A stretch of DNA of 64,000 nt from Eledone cirrhosa (Eukaryota), in NCBI GenBank assembly GCA_964016885.1, contig OZ024740.1:178002001-178066000 (forward strand). Reading direction: 5' to 3'. Positions 13,135-25,626 of this stretch are shown here, piece after piece (the first letter of the stretch is position 1; each line of letters opens with the position of its first letter). A program made the translations under genes and the position numbers. The notes beneath the pieces were generated by a model. That model saw only the letters and a program-made list of their open reading frames with translations. It was not told the origin of the DNA and did not search any database.

Positions 13135-13405
13135 TAATAATAATAATAATAATAATAGATGATGAAGACCATGATAATAAAAGTGGTGGTGTTGGGGTGA
13201 TGATAATGATGATGATGATGACAATGTTGATGGCAGTGGTAACAATAACGATGATGATGATGGAGGGGACAACATCGATGATGATGACGATAATGGTGAT
13301 GATAATGGTGGTTATGATGATGATAGAGGTGACAACCATGATAATGATAAAGATCAGAACAATGTTCGTGGTGATGATGATGATGATGAGGAGGAGGAGG
13401 AGGAA
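13135..13405. repeat. Cryptic (ATA)/(GAT)/(GAG) triplet low-complexity tract
   Basis: Visible triplet runs. Confidence 0.85.
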
Positions 13406-13749
13406 TTAAGGAGTGCAGGGAGGAGCCAGCTCGTGCTAATCAACCAGTCGTATCTAATTAGTTACAAAATCAGGAACTTATAAGTAGATGATGCCCCTCC
13501 AAAAGTACTCATCATATTGATTCTACAGACAATAACCACAAGACAACAACAAAAAATAAGAACGCAACATACAATTACTTCTAAAAGATTCCCATAAAGA
13601 TCACCCCACCCTCATCTCTCAAATCCAACAGAGTAAATTAAGATTCATCATCACCATCATCATCTACTATCTATCAACAACAGCCACTCAACAGGAGGTG
13701 TAAATATAACTGACATTAAATTAACAACAAAAATAACTGTAATTAAATG

Positions 13750-15960
13750 TAACAACAACCACCATCACCACTACCAGAACAACAACAACAACCACCATCA
13801 CCACTAGCACAACAACAACAACAAACACCATCACCACTAGCACAACAACAACAACCACCACCAGCACCACTACCAGAAAAACAACAACAACCACCATCAC
13901 CACTACCAGAACAACAACAACAACCACCATCACCACTACCAGAACAACAACAACAACAACAACAACCATCACCACTACCAGAACAACAACAACAACCACC
14001 ATCACCACTACCAGAACAACAACAACAACAACCACCATCACCACTACCAGAACAACAACAACAACAACCACCATCACCACTACTAGAACAACAACAACAA
14101 CAACAACCACCATCACCACTACCAGAACAACAACAACAACCACCATCACCACTACCAGAACAACAACAACAACAACCACCATCACCACTACTAGAACAAC
14201 AACAACAACCACCATCACCACGACCAGAACAACAACAACAACAACAACCATCACCACTACCAGAACAACAACAACAACCACCATCACCACTACCAGAACA
14301 ACAACAACAACGACCATCACCACTACCAGAACAACAACAACAACAACCACCATCACCACTACCAGAACAACAACAACCACCATCACCACTACCAGAACAA
14401 CAACAACCACCATCACCACTACCAGAACAACAACAACAACAACAACCATCATCACCACTACCAGAACAACAACAACAACAACCACCATCACCACTACTAG
14501 AACAACAACAACAACAACCACCACCATCACCACTACCAGAACAACAACAACAACGACCATCACCACTACCAGAACAACAACAACAACAACCACCATCACC
14601 ACTACCAGAACAACAACAACAACAACCACCATCACCACTACCAGAACAACAACAACAACCACCATCACCACTACCAGAACAACAACAAAAACGACCATCA
14701 CCACTACCAGAACAACAACAACAACAACCACCATCACCACTACCAGAACAACAACAACAACCACCATCACCACTACCAGAACAACAACAACAACAACCAC
14801 CATCACCACTACCAGAACAACAACAACAACAACAACCACCACCACCACTACCAGAACAACAACAACCACCACCACCACCACCACCACTACCAGAACAACA
14901 ACAACAACAACCACCATCACCACTACCAGAACAACAACAACAACAACCACCATCACCACTACCAGAACAACAACAACAACCACCATCACCAATACCAGAA
15001 CAACAACAACAACAACAACCATCACCACTACCAGAACAACAACAACAACCACCATCACCACTACCAGAACAACAACAACAACAACCACCATCACCACTAC
15101 CAGAACAACAACAACAACCACCATCACCACTACCAGAACAACAACAACCACCATCACCACTACCAGAACAACAACAACAACAACCACCATCACCACTACC
15201 AGAACAACAACAACCACCATCACCACTACCAGAACAACAACAACAACCACCATCACCACTACCAGAACAACAACAACAGCAACAACCATCACCTCTACCA
15301 GAAAAACAACAACAACAACCACCATCACCACTACCAGAACAACAACAACAACCACCATCACCACTACCAGAACAACAACAACAACAACCACCATCAGCAC
15401 TACCAGAATAACAACAACAACCACCATCACCACTACCAGAACAACAACAACAACAACAACCATCACCACTACCAGAACAACAACAACAACAACCACCATC
15501 ACCACTACCAGAACAACAACAACAACCACCATCACCACTACCAGAACAACAACCACCACCACCATCACCAATACCAGAACAACAACAACCACCACCATCA
15601 CCACTACCAGAACAACAACACCCACCATCACCACTACCAGAACAACAACAACAACAACCACCACCACCACCATCACCACTACCAGAACAACACCAAACAA
15701 CACTCACTATCACCACTACCAGAACAACAACAAACAACACCCACCATCACCACTACCAGAACAACAACAACAACAACCACCATCACCACTACCAGAACAA
15801 CAACAAACAACACTCACTATCACCACTACCAGAACAACAACAAACAACACCCACCATCACCACTACCAGAACAACAACAACAACAACAACCACCATCACC
15901 ACTACCAGAACAACAACAAACAACACCCCCTATCATCACTACTAAAAGAAGAACAACAAC
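13750..15960. repeat. 2.2 kb compound tandem repeat, unit CCACCATCACCACTACCAGAA(CAA)3-7
   Basis: About 60 near-identical units varying in CAA count. Confidence 0.97.
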
Positions 15961-16193
15961 AAAATGATGTAGCTATTAAATAACAGCAATACAACTGTGT
16001 TTAAATACAACAGCAATATTAACAACTGGACCCAATATCAGACAACAGTAACAACTGCCACAGCAACAACAAGAAAAATAACACCACCATTAATAACAAT
16101 AACAAATGTAACCAAAAGTAACTAGCTATAACTGTTGCAACCACTACAACAACAAGAACAAACCACCACCACCAACAACAACACACTACGACG

Positions 16194-16225
<32 letters not shown>

Positions 16226-16304
16226 CAAATGAAGCCAGAAAATACAACAGCAAGTAGGAAAAGGCCAACTACAAATGATAGCAACAACTACAAATGCAAC
16301 CACA

Positions 16305-17275
16305 ACAACATAACATCGCTCGGCACAGGGGCTTTGGAATATCTCTCTTATGATCCCTAAAGCAGCCTGGACGCTGGTAGCTGATGAATCTTCAATTTGG
16401 AAAGGCATGGAGTCTGATCAACCAAGTGATTGGGAATGATTATTTCATTACACTCCACTTGTCCTCGGTTTCCCCAATCGAAGTAGTTTTTCAGCAACAG
16501 CTCTAGTCAAGGCCAACAATTCCACCAACGGGCAGATGTACATATCCTGTGTGTCTGACCATGCTACATTCTACAGTCCTCCACTGTTGATGCCAGCTTA
16601 AAGCAGGTACATGACCCTATAAACAATAAACTCATCGAGGGCGATGTTTTGGTCACTTTCAGAGTAATTGCCTCTAACAACACTGTCCTCTACCCCAATG
16701 AGCAAGTTTTGACTGCTCTCCGGCCTTAACATCCTCCTGAACCATCTGCACATCTTAAACCCATACACCCACCTGATCCTTGGACACTATATGCGGGCTC
16801 CAAGGAAGACATCATATCTGCTCTAAGGCCTTTCCCTGCCAGTGGCAACTGGAGGTGCTGACAGTCTCTGACCTAACCACCTCTAAAACCTGTCTCCCCT
16901 CACTGCCAAAGCAAGGCCCTACCTGCTGAGGTCAATTGCTACTCTCATTAACAGGTTCATCGATGGAACCCTGAACCCTTATCCCTGAGGCCCCTTCTTT
17001 TTGGCCTGCCTCACTGCTCTCAGGAAGAAAGATGGTGGAATACATCTCATTGCTGAAAGCAATGTCTTCCAGAGACTCGCAGTCATGGTTATCTGCAAGT
17101 CTGTTGCACCTGAGCTAGGTGAGAAACTCAGCCTGATGCAGCTAAAGTTCAGCATGGCTAGCAAGTGTGAGGGGGTTGCCCACATCACTAGACAGTTTAA
17201 TGACTGTTTTGAACCAGCACCAAGTGATTCCAGGCACCTCATCATCAAACTTGACATGAAAAAGTTATTTTTTAA
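16305..17275 (+). mobile_element. Decayed CRE-clade non-LTR retrotransposon (pre-RT and RT N-terminal half)
   Basis: IPKAA...; PFFF.ACLTALRKKDGGIHLIAESNVFQRL...LMQLKF...CEGVAH..R...LIIKLDMK matches the CRE pattern L.AL.KKDGG+RPIA.G...RRL...Q.G.....E...H..R...KLD.KNAFN. Confidence 0.7.
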
Positions 17276-18134
17276 TTCTTAGTTTGTTCTATTACTGTTT
17301 TTCCCAAATATTTAAATTATGTTAATCAGTAAATAGGTAGCTTGTTGGCTGTGAAAGAGTTCAGTGCACCGGTTGATGTCAGCCAATTGAGAAAGATCTC
17401 TCATCCTACTACCATGTTATAGCTTCTTTAAAATTAAATTCACTGTCAGTCATTTTTCATATTTATCCCACAAATACCATACCTTTGACAAGCATTCTCA
17501 TTTCTCATGGATGTTTTATTTTCTGACTAGTTAGTCAATGTCAAGAACAATAATAGAGACATAGAGAGTAGTAATCTGCCTTAAAGTTTAACTTAACCTT
17601 TATTTTTACAAAACACTTTCTGCCTTTGGAGCAAGTGTCTTGCTATTAATGCCTCTGGGTATGTGTGAACCAGAACTAAATTTTATTTTATTATATTAGC
17701 AACATTAATGTATTTTTTTTTCTATGTTTAAATAATTCACCTAAAAAAATTACTTCATTACAAAAATATAACTTGTTTACCACAAAAAGCACAGCCAAAA
17801 AGACAACTCAAAGGAAAAATGAAACAACAAAGAGACATCACCACCACCACCACCACAATCAACAATAACAATAACAACTGTAACTGAAAATCAATAACAG
17901 CAGCACCCAAAAGTAGAAAACATCAATATGAGAGGGAGTGGGAGAGGAAGAGACTAAATTTATTAGGGTGCTTCATATTTGAATTTGCATTCAGAAAATA
18001 GTTGATAAAAAACAAGGCTTAATAATACAGATGACTTTCATTTTTTGTGCATTTTTACATGAGGAGAATCTGCATGCTGGATGATGTTGAAATTGTCTAG
18101 GATTGATTTGTATGTGTATGTATATGCATAAACA

Positions 18135-18450
18135 TTATTGGAGGCAGCTGAGAAAGCAAGTTACTACATCTGGCTCAAAAGAGATGAATGGCATGCTTGA
18201 TGCATTGTAGTGGATGGAGATGTCTCAGATCCATCAAACGTCTTGCTGTTCTGACACGTTGAGGTGGAATTAATCACAGCATTAGACTCACTAAAGGTTG
18301 TGCTGTTGTGAAAGAGTTTTGTCACCTACATCAGTGGGTTGTCCTGAGTAGCTCTGGTGTTGCAATGGAAGGGGCCAAAACACCTACAGAGTTACTTTAC
18401 CACTTGATAAGACATCGGCTCCTGTATTCAGAGATTGAGCACCTCAGCAC
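18135..18450 (+). mobile_element. 3' end of a HERO/NeSL-like RLE non-LTR element
   Basis: EAAEKASYYIWLKRDEW* resembles the HERO C-terminal AE.AS.W+WLKR motif; UTR-like sequence follows. Confidence 0.5.
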
Positions 18451-19085
18451 AGATATGTGTTTACTAAGCATATAAGTATTAGGTCATTACGTATGAAATG
18501 TCCGATTTCAAATTTAAATTGCATAAGGATATCAGACATTTCATACTTAAGGAACTAATAGAATGCAAGCATATCTTTCTATATTATCATCATCTATATT
18601 ACCCCCCCATGCCAGCATGTGTGTGTGTGTGGGGGGGGGGGAATCTTTTGAAACAATGTCTGATAATTTGATACCCTTCCTAGTGACATCTTTTATTAGT
18701 AAGGACTAATGTTCAGTACATTGAAACGTTCCTTTTCCTTTTACAGTATATGTGAAACAAATAAGATTGTGTAATTGCATCTCTGTGTTTGTTTTTTCTA
18801 TACCTGCTTTCACCCTAAAGCAGCATGTTTTGAGTTCAGAAGATCCTGCTTTAGGGTGAAAGCAGAAATTGTTTGCTTAAACTTTTAATCTGAGCAAATG
18901 ATATTTGCTCTATAGATTTATATATACTTATATAAGGTTCATTTGTCTGAGGGGCTAGAGCATCAGATAGAATGCAATACAATATTAGTTCTAGTTCTTT
19001 ACATAACCCATGACCAGTCATGACTGAAGGGGCCTTTTCTTTTTTTGACAAATAGATGATGACTATAAAAAAAATACTGGTTTAC

Positions 19086-19182
19086 CAATTCTCATTCTGG
19101 TCAGTGAATTTTATTTTTCCTCGAAATGAGACAGGTATTTCAGATTTGAAATCAAGGCGACATACAATCTCTTCAGCATTAT
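19086..19182 (-). CDS. CFAP47: CFAP47-like exon DNAEEIVCRLDFKSEIPVSFRGKIKFTDQNEN
   Basis: tttccag acceptor, GTAAA donor; 97 nt, phase 1 to 2. Confidence 0.87.
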
Positions 19183-19594
19183 CTGGAAACAAAAAATAAA
19201 TAAATAAATGAAATAAAAAATGTTAAATGACAAATATTTTAATGTAATTGTGATAGATTATGATTATGATGATTGGATGTGGAAGGGGATAAAAATGGTA
19301 TTAGTAGTAATGATAAAGATAATGATATCACTACCATTATCATAGTGATCACCACAGCTAGCCCTAGGATCAAAAGGATTTTTGAGCCTTGGCCATCCTA
19401 TTTTCTTTCAGATGCAGAAATCTATAACATTATCCAATGCCTCAATTTCTAAGAGAGTAAGGTATTATTTAAAGGTGATTCAGCTGTTATTTCCAGCAAA
19501 TTAAGAGATCAGAGATATTTCCTGGTTGGCTTATCTATGGTAGAGTTATCAGTGATGTTCTCTCAATTAATTCCTATATCTAAATCTAAAAAAA

Positions 19595-19810
19595 GTCTAA
19601 AGACTCTCTTGAACCCGGAGGCTCATCAGGCCGGTCATTATCCCGGTTTCCATGACATTAAGTGACTGAGAGTACAAGTACCCGCTGGACAGTACACCAA
19701 TCTACAGCAGGATTAAAAGCCCAGCTATTACTGCTGGTACTCATTTTCAGCTGAGTATATAAGGGCAACATGGAATTGAGTGTTTTGCTCAAGGACATAA
19801 CACACAAGCC
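19595..19810 (-). mobile_element. V-domain-like SINE family 3, partial, (TTTAGAC)-type tail
   Basis: GTCCTTGAGCAAAACACT and GAAACCGGGATAA..CCGGCCTGATGAG motifs shared with 29540-29838. Confidence 0.7.
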
Positions 19811-19971
19811 AAGTCTATATTGATTCACAGAGCAAAAGGAAAAAAATATTCTTTTCATATTGAAACTGCCAAAGTCCATCTCAACGGCTGATGACCCTGG
19901 AGTTCTGTGTCTTTCGTTTGTATTTTTATTTGTGATGATGATGATATATATTATAATGACATGGAACTTAC

Positions 19972-20063
19972 CATGATTATCAAAGACCATAGCTTTAAAT
20001 GGCTCTGTAGTGCTGCCATCATCACAAGTGATGCTAGGGCATTCAATTTTCAGTTTGGGAAAT
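19972..20063 (-). CDS. CFAP47: CFAP47-like exon FPKLKIECPSITCDDGSTTEPFKAMVFDNH
   Basis: ttttgtag acceptor, GTAAGT donor; 92 nt, phase 2 to 1. Confidence 0.85.
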
Positions 20064-20686
20064 CTACAAAACAATGAACATTTTTTCCTAGGGTATTATT
20101 GTGTTTTATCTGACACACGAAGGAAGGTAAGTAAACTTAGAACATTTTAAAAGTCTTACTCACACACACACACACACATATATATATCAAATTAAAAAAA
20201 ACGAAGTTAAAGACTCACATTTATTCCCTATGATTTAATGAGCTCAAGGAATAGATTCTGGGCTCTTTATAAATTAGCATATAGAGAGAGGTACACATAG
20301 AGATACGTGTTCAATCATAGGGGAACAAAAACCACCAGAGTGATGAACATATTAACTATGGAAGGAATGGTGAATACAAATCAATTAAAAGAATATATTA
20401 AAGTGTACTAACTGTCCAATTATAACTATAACACCTGGACATGCTCAAATAAGAGTATGTTTCGGTATAAAAAGTGAAGAATCCATATTGTAGATGTAGC
20501 TCATCATCAATATGATCAACACTTCTAAAAATATATCAGATAACTAAGAAAACACGTATGGTATAGAGAAAAGACTTGCGCATTTTATAGCCCATGGTGG
20601 TGTGAATAGACCAAAAGGCCGCTAAAAACAGCAGCTTAGAACCATGATTGGAACACTATGTGTACTTCTCTCTAGATGCTGATACA

Positions 20687-20720
<34 letters not shown>

Positions 20721-20729
20721 CATATATAC

Positions 20730-20764
<35 letters not shown>

Positions 20765-21126
20765 TGGTAGAACATGTGCTAATGCCGTATTTAACTAAAT
20801 AAAGTTAGTCTATTAGTGAGGATTTTTAAAAACCTTCTGAATGGAAAAAGGATTAGTATTGATGTACTTCAGAAGGTTTTTAAAAATACCCACTAACAGA
20901 CTAACTTTATTTAGTCAAATACAGCGTAAGCAGATGATTTTACCTTATTTTCAAACTTCGCTTGCTGTTTCATAAACAAAGCCTGCTTTGTCTATCTCTC
21001 TCTCTCAAATCAAATTTTAGACAATACAAACAAATAATTATAGGTCTTCAGCTATCTGTTCTGAGTGGGAATGGTTAATGATATCACAGATATCAAAGGT
21101 AATTTGAACCATCAGTATTTTAATGA

Positions 21127-21313
21127 TTGTTTCTACTTTTGGCACAAGGCCAGCAATTACCCAATACATTACTGGTACTTTATTTTATCGACCCCGTAAG
21201 GATGAAAGGCAAAGTTAACCTCGGCGGGATTTGAACTCAGACCGTAAAGGGACGTAACTATGCTGGAAAGCATGGCGTCCGACTCTCTACTGATACTGCC
21301 AATCCACCACCCT
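21127..21313 (-). mobile_element. SINE family 1 copy with TSD AGTATT(T)TTAATGAT
   Basis: Family match; direct repeat at about 21114 and 21316. Confidence 0.9.
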
Positions 21314-21702
21314 TTAGTATTTTAATGATGATAACTACTAATGCTCAGAATATATCTCAGCCACTGGGAAAATTATCATAGCCGATGTTCGGAATCAGAT
21401 ATGACAAAAGGTGAATGATGAAGCAAAATAGATTTGTCAATGTCCCGGGATGAAAGACCATTTCTATTCTTTCTGACCTTATATAATTTTACTTGAAGTT
21501 TCCCTTTCTTTACTCACAACTTCCACTTTCCTCACTGACCATTGAAGATGTAGGTCATATTGACTATAAGGCCTCATTTCTTTGTTCTGGCGCCATGTTT
21601 CTTCATGTCTTCTAACTTCAATTTAATAACCAGCTTTTCAGCTAATTCATTTGAGATAACACTATTTTCTATTTTCATGTTTCTCTCCTGGTAATTGTCT
21701 GA

Positions 21703-22052
21703 TGGAGGCACATGGCTTAGTGGTTAGAGCATTGGCCTTGCAATCAAAAGGTTGTGAGTTCAATTCTCAGTCCGGGTGATGTGTTGTTTCCCTGAGCAAG
21801 ACACTTTATTTCACATTGCTCCAGTTTACTCAGCTGTAGAAATGAGATGATAGGGACTGCGGACCCTATCATTCCACTGCAAAGTGGTCGTGGGGGTGCC
21901 ACGGCAAAAAAGCACCCAGCCCTCACTGTAAATGAGGTTGGTGTTAGGAAGGGCATCCAGCTGTAGAAATCAAGCCAGAATCAGTTCCCGTCCCACCCTT
22001 GCAAGCAGGGAAAAAGTGGACGTAAAATGAAATGATGATGAAATGATGATGA
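21703..22052 (+). mobile_element. tRNA-derived SINE family 2 with RTE-A 3' tail
   Basis: A-box TGGCTTAGTGG, B-box GAGTTCAATTC, CTGAGCAAGACACT, GTTGGTGTTAGGAAGGGCATCCAGC; last ~45 nt nearly identical to RTE end 1529-1575. Confidence 0.85.
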
Positions 22053-22375
22053 GTCTAAAGTTGATGATTGTCCTGCTTGTTTTTCATCCCTGCTTATTGA
22101 CAAATCTAATTTGCCTCATCATTCACCCTTTGTTCTGTCTGATTCCGAATATCTGCTGTGATAATTTTCTCAGTGGCTGGGGTATATTTTGAATATTAGT
22201 AGTTACCATCCTTAAAATACTGAAAAATCGAATTTCCTTTGATATCTGTGATATCCTTGGACTTTCAGAATCAAAACGGGTGGCTGAAGATGAGAAATTG
22301 TTGTTTTTTTTGTATTGTCTAAAATTTGATCTACAGAATTTTCCGATGTAATATAGTACATCTTCTAAACTTGCT

Positions 22376-22432
<57 letters not shown>

Positions 22433-23373
22433 TTTAAAAGTAGGTATATCTGCAATTGTTAATGCTTTGAACCTGTTGACCCAGTATATCAATCTCAATA
22501 ATGTTTGACTATATCCCACTAGCCTGGTATTCCATTCTGACATGCACTTCTGTTTACTACTGTTATTTACACAGCTTTCAGCATTAATCAATGATTATTT
22601 TCATCATTGCTTTAGCCTGGGTTCTTCAGAAAGGCAATGCTGTAATTTTTGTGAAGTTCATACATTTATTAACTTTTTTTCATATTTAATTGACGAATAT
22701 CAAATTTTCATTGATTTTCATCTGGATACCCAGACTTAGAGACCACACACGTGGCAGGGTCAAGGTTTATAGGGTTAAATTATAAGCCTCAATGCAAAAC
22801 ACAATCATATACAGACACATTTATATATCTCTGCTTGAGTATAACAATATTGGAATTGTTCTTACTAGTTTTATATCTACTTGAAGAGTCATCTGAGAAC
22901 AAGTACTCTCATGCTTTCTTTATAAAATGATAGCTAGCCTATAGCTATTTATATCAAACACAAACCAGGACATAGAGTAGCCATTTCAGATGTATACATT
23001 CGTTTATATTATTTAGTGAGACTTACAATTAATAATCTGTAGGTATACATACATTGATAGGCTTGATCTAAGGCCCAGTTTAAAACCACTTCTTGAAATC
23101 AATCAAATACCAATTAAAGTTAAGATATATAACATTTACATTGTGTATGGAATAGATTGAGTTAGCAAGTCAGCAAAAACCACTTCAAAAGTTGAAGTAT
23201 TTCAAAACTATATTATGAGATTTATTACTGAAACTAATAGCACAAACACTTAATCCCAAACTCTAACAACTCTGACAATTTGTCGTCACACAAATTTAAT
23301 CAATTAGTTAATTACTGACCATTTTGAAAAATAAATAACTAGACAGCTTAAAAGGGTCACTGAACAGGTTACT

Positions 23374-23414
<41 letters not shown>

Positions 23415-24030
23415 TGATATAAAATAACTTTGATACAAATAGTTAATTAGATAATACCGAAGAGAATCAGAACAACCATGACCATCACCACCACCACCAA
23501 CAACAACATCAACAATATCAACAACAACAGTAACAACAACAACAGCAGCAACAACAACAGTAACAACAACAACAACAACAGTGCATGCATCTATAATAGC
23601 TGTTATTGTTCTTTAACCCTAGTTCAGACCTGACCAAATGATCAAATGCATCTCAGATAAGATAACACCATCTTTTATTTAAATTCACATAGTCAGTATA
23701 GGACTACATTATATAACATGCCATTCCTTTTTTAAGACAAAGTTTGATTAGTATGAATCTTGGATGTATTTCCTAGCAAGGCAAGTGATGACATAGTATG
23801 TGTATGTATGTTGCACATGCATGATGTCAGCCTGTATGTGTGTGTGTGAATGTGAGTGCAATTGTGATGTGAATATATATGTGTACATACATACATTTAA
23901 GTACAAGTGTCATGTGAACATATGCATGCATACACAAACTCACACACACACAAGCACACATACAAAAACACACTCAAACACATATACACACACACACAAA
24001 CACAAACACATCTTTATCATCATTATCATT

Positions 24031-24210
24031 TTGGCAGTATCGGTAGAGGGTCGGACGCCATGCTTTCCAGCGTAGTTACGTCCCTTTCCGATCTGAGTTC
24101 AAATCCCGCCGAGGTTGACTTTGCCTTTCATCCTTACGGGGTCGATAAAATAAAGTACCAGTAATGCACTGGGTAATTGCTGGCCTTGTGCCTAAAGTAG
24201 AAACAATTAT
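24031..24210 (+). mobile_element. SINE family 1 copy
   Basis: Family match. Confidence 0.88.
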
Positions 24211-25414
24211 CATTTTATGTCTGCTTTTCCATGCTGGCATGGGTTGAGCAGGTCATCACAGACCAAGTCAGTACTTAATCGAAGCTATCAAATTGTGGCG
24301 ATTCTTTTCAACATTTTCTTTTTAGGTTCAAAAAAAGAAATATTCATTATTTTAAGGCAGTAATGTGCACTTTCAGAGAGACTTAGCTATTTCTCGCTGT
24401 GGGTGATATCACATAGCAGCTTTTTCATCGGCTCATACAGGTTTTCCTTTTTTATCACTTAATCAGGATGAAGTGCAGTGCTTATGATTGTTTTCAAGAT
24501 CTTCAAGACTGGTGGGGTGAAGGAACATCTCAAACCAGAGAGATGTACCAAATACCTGTAATAGATTGGACTCCACTAAAAACAACCAAGTTGCCAAATG
24601 GTGTTGTTAAACTGGGCAACAGATTAACTGTACCAACCAAGTAGATCACGGTGACATTTAAAATCAGAATGTAAAGAGCCAGATCAAATATCACAAGTCA
24701 TTTTGTCTGATGCTCAAACAATTCTGCTCTATCACCATTCAAGCCAGGTGCTTTAATTGTTGATCACAGCAGAATGAATAGCAAGTTTGAGCTCAGTAGG
24801 ATTTAAAATCAGAATGCAAGGAGTCCCAATAAATAACACATGATATTTTGTCTGATGCTCTATGCTTCTTAGTTAAAACTGTATGTTTTAAAGACATCTA
24901 ATTACCAGATGTACTTGTGTATAAGTTGCACTGGTAGATAGGTCAGACCTCCATTTTACATACATTTACTATGTACTATATATTATGAACTGAGGTTTTG
25001 TAGGTCCTGAAAATGAGTCAGATGCTGGTTTCTCGTGTAATATTTTCATAGAAAAGCTATGATGAGTCTAAACAGTAGTTGATGTATTAGTTTTGTAAGA
25101 TACTTTATGTGAAGTAATCTGTTGAAATAAATATTTCTATACTCTGAGAAGGTCACGCTGCCAATCTAAAACACCTACACCAGTTGTAGTTCATTTTATT
25201 ACTTATTATGTAGATAATTAATTTGTTTACTAAACTAATTAACTTAACTAATTAACCTTAAAAAACTTCATTCTCATCATGGGGTCCTTTTTGAAGCATA
25301 CTTTACAGTCAGATGCCATTCCTGGTACCAATCCTTTTAGTCACCTCTTATGACAAACAGTGATATGGTGCACCTATTCTAAACCAAATAGTTAGAAAAA
25401 TATAATCTACTCAC

Positions 25415-25610
25415 ACAGAATAGTCAATGGGCTGCAAGATAACATCGACAGTGTCTTCAACCATCAATGGAACTCTAAAGTAAACAGCTGAGGGGCTGAA
25501 CACAATCCATGAAAGTCTCACATTAACACAAATCTGTAGGTATTTGTGAATGTTCTTGTAGTTTTCATTAAGGTATATTGGCACCTGGAAGTTATAGTTG
25601 GTGCAGGTTT
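25415..25610 (-). CDS. CFAP47: CFAP47-like exon KTCTNYNFQVPIYLNENYK...VILQPIDYS
   Basis: tttacag acceptor, GTGAGT donor; 196 nt, phase 1 to 2. Confidence 0.86.
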
Positions 25611-25626
25611 CTGTAAATAACAACAA

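Noticed and set aside
13721-15740. 660-aa poly-Val and 665-aa Cys/Gly (metallothionein- or keratin-associated-like) ORFs
   Set aside because: Stop-free readings of a triplet tandem repeat inside an intron; non-ATG starts, no codon-level variation, no gene structure
19862-19900. GAAAC..GTC..CTGATGA hammerhead-like order (also the SINE-3 motif near 19620-19650)
   Set aside because: Stems I and II cannot be formed convincingly
21703-21775. tRNA-like sequences (also near 29770-29838, 61141 and SINE-1 heads)
   Set aside because: A/B boxes continue into SINE bodies and tails; no clean cloverleaf
24450-24556. Possible extra exon after a tacag acceptor at 24557
   Set aside because: No convincing donor before stop codons; exons 25415 and 20063 already join in phase
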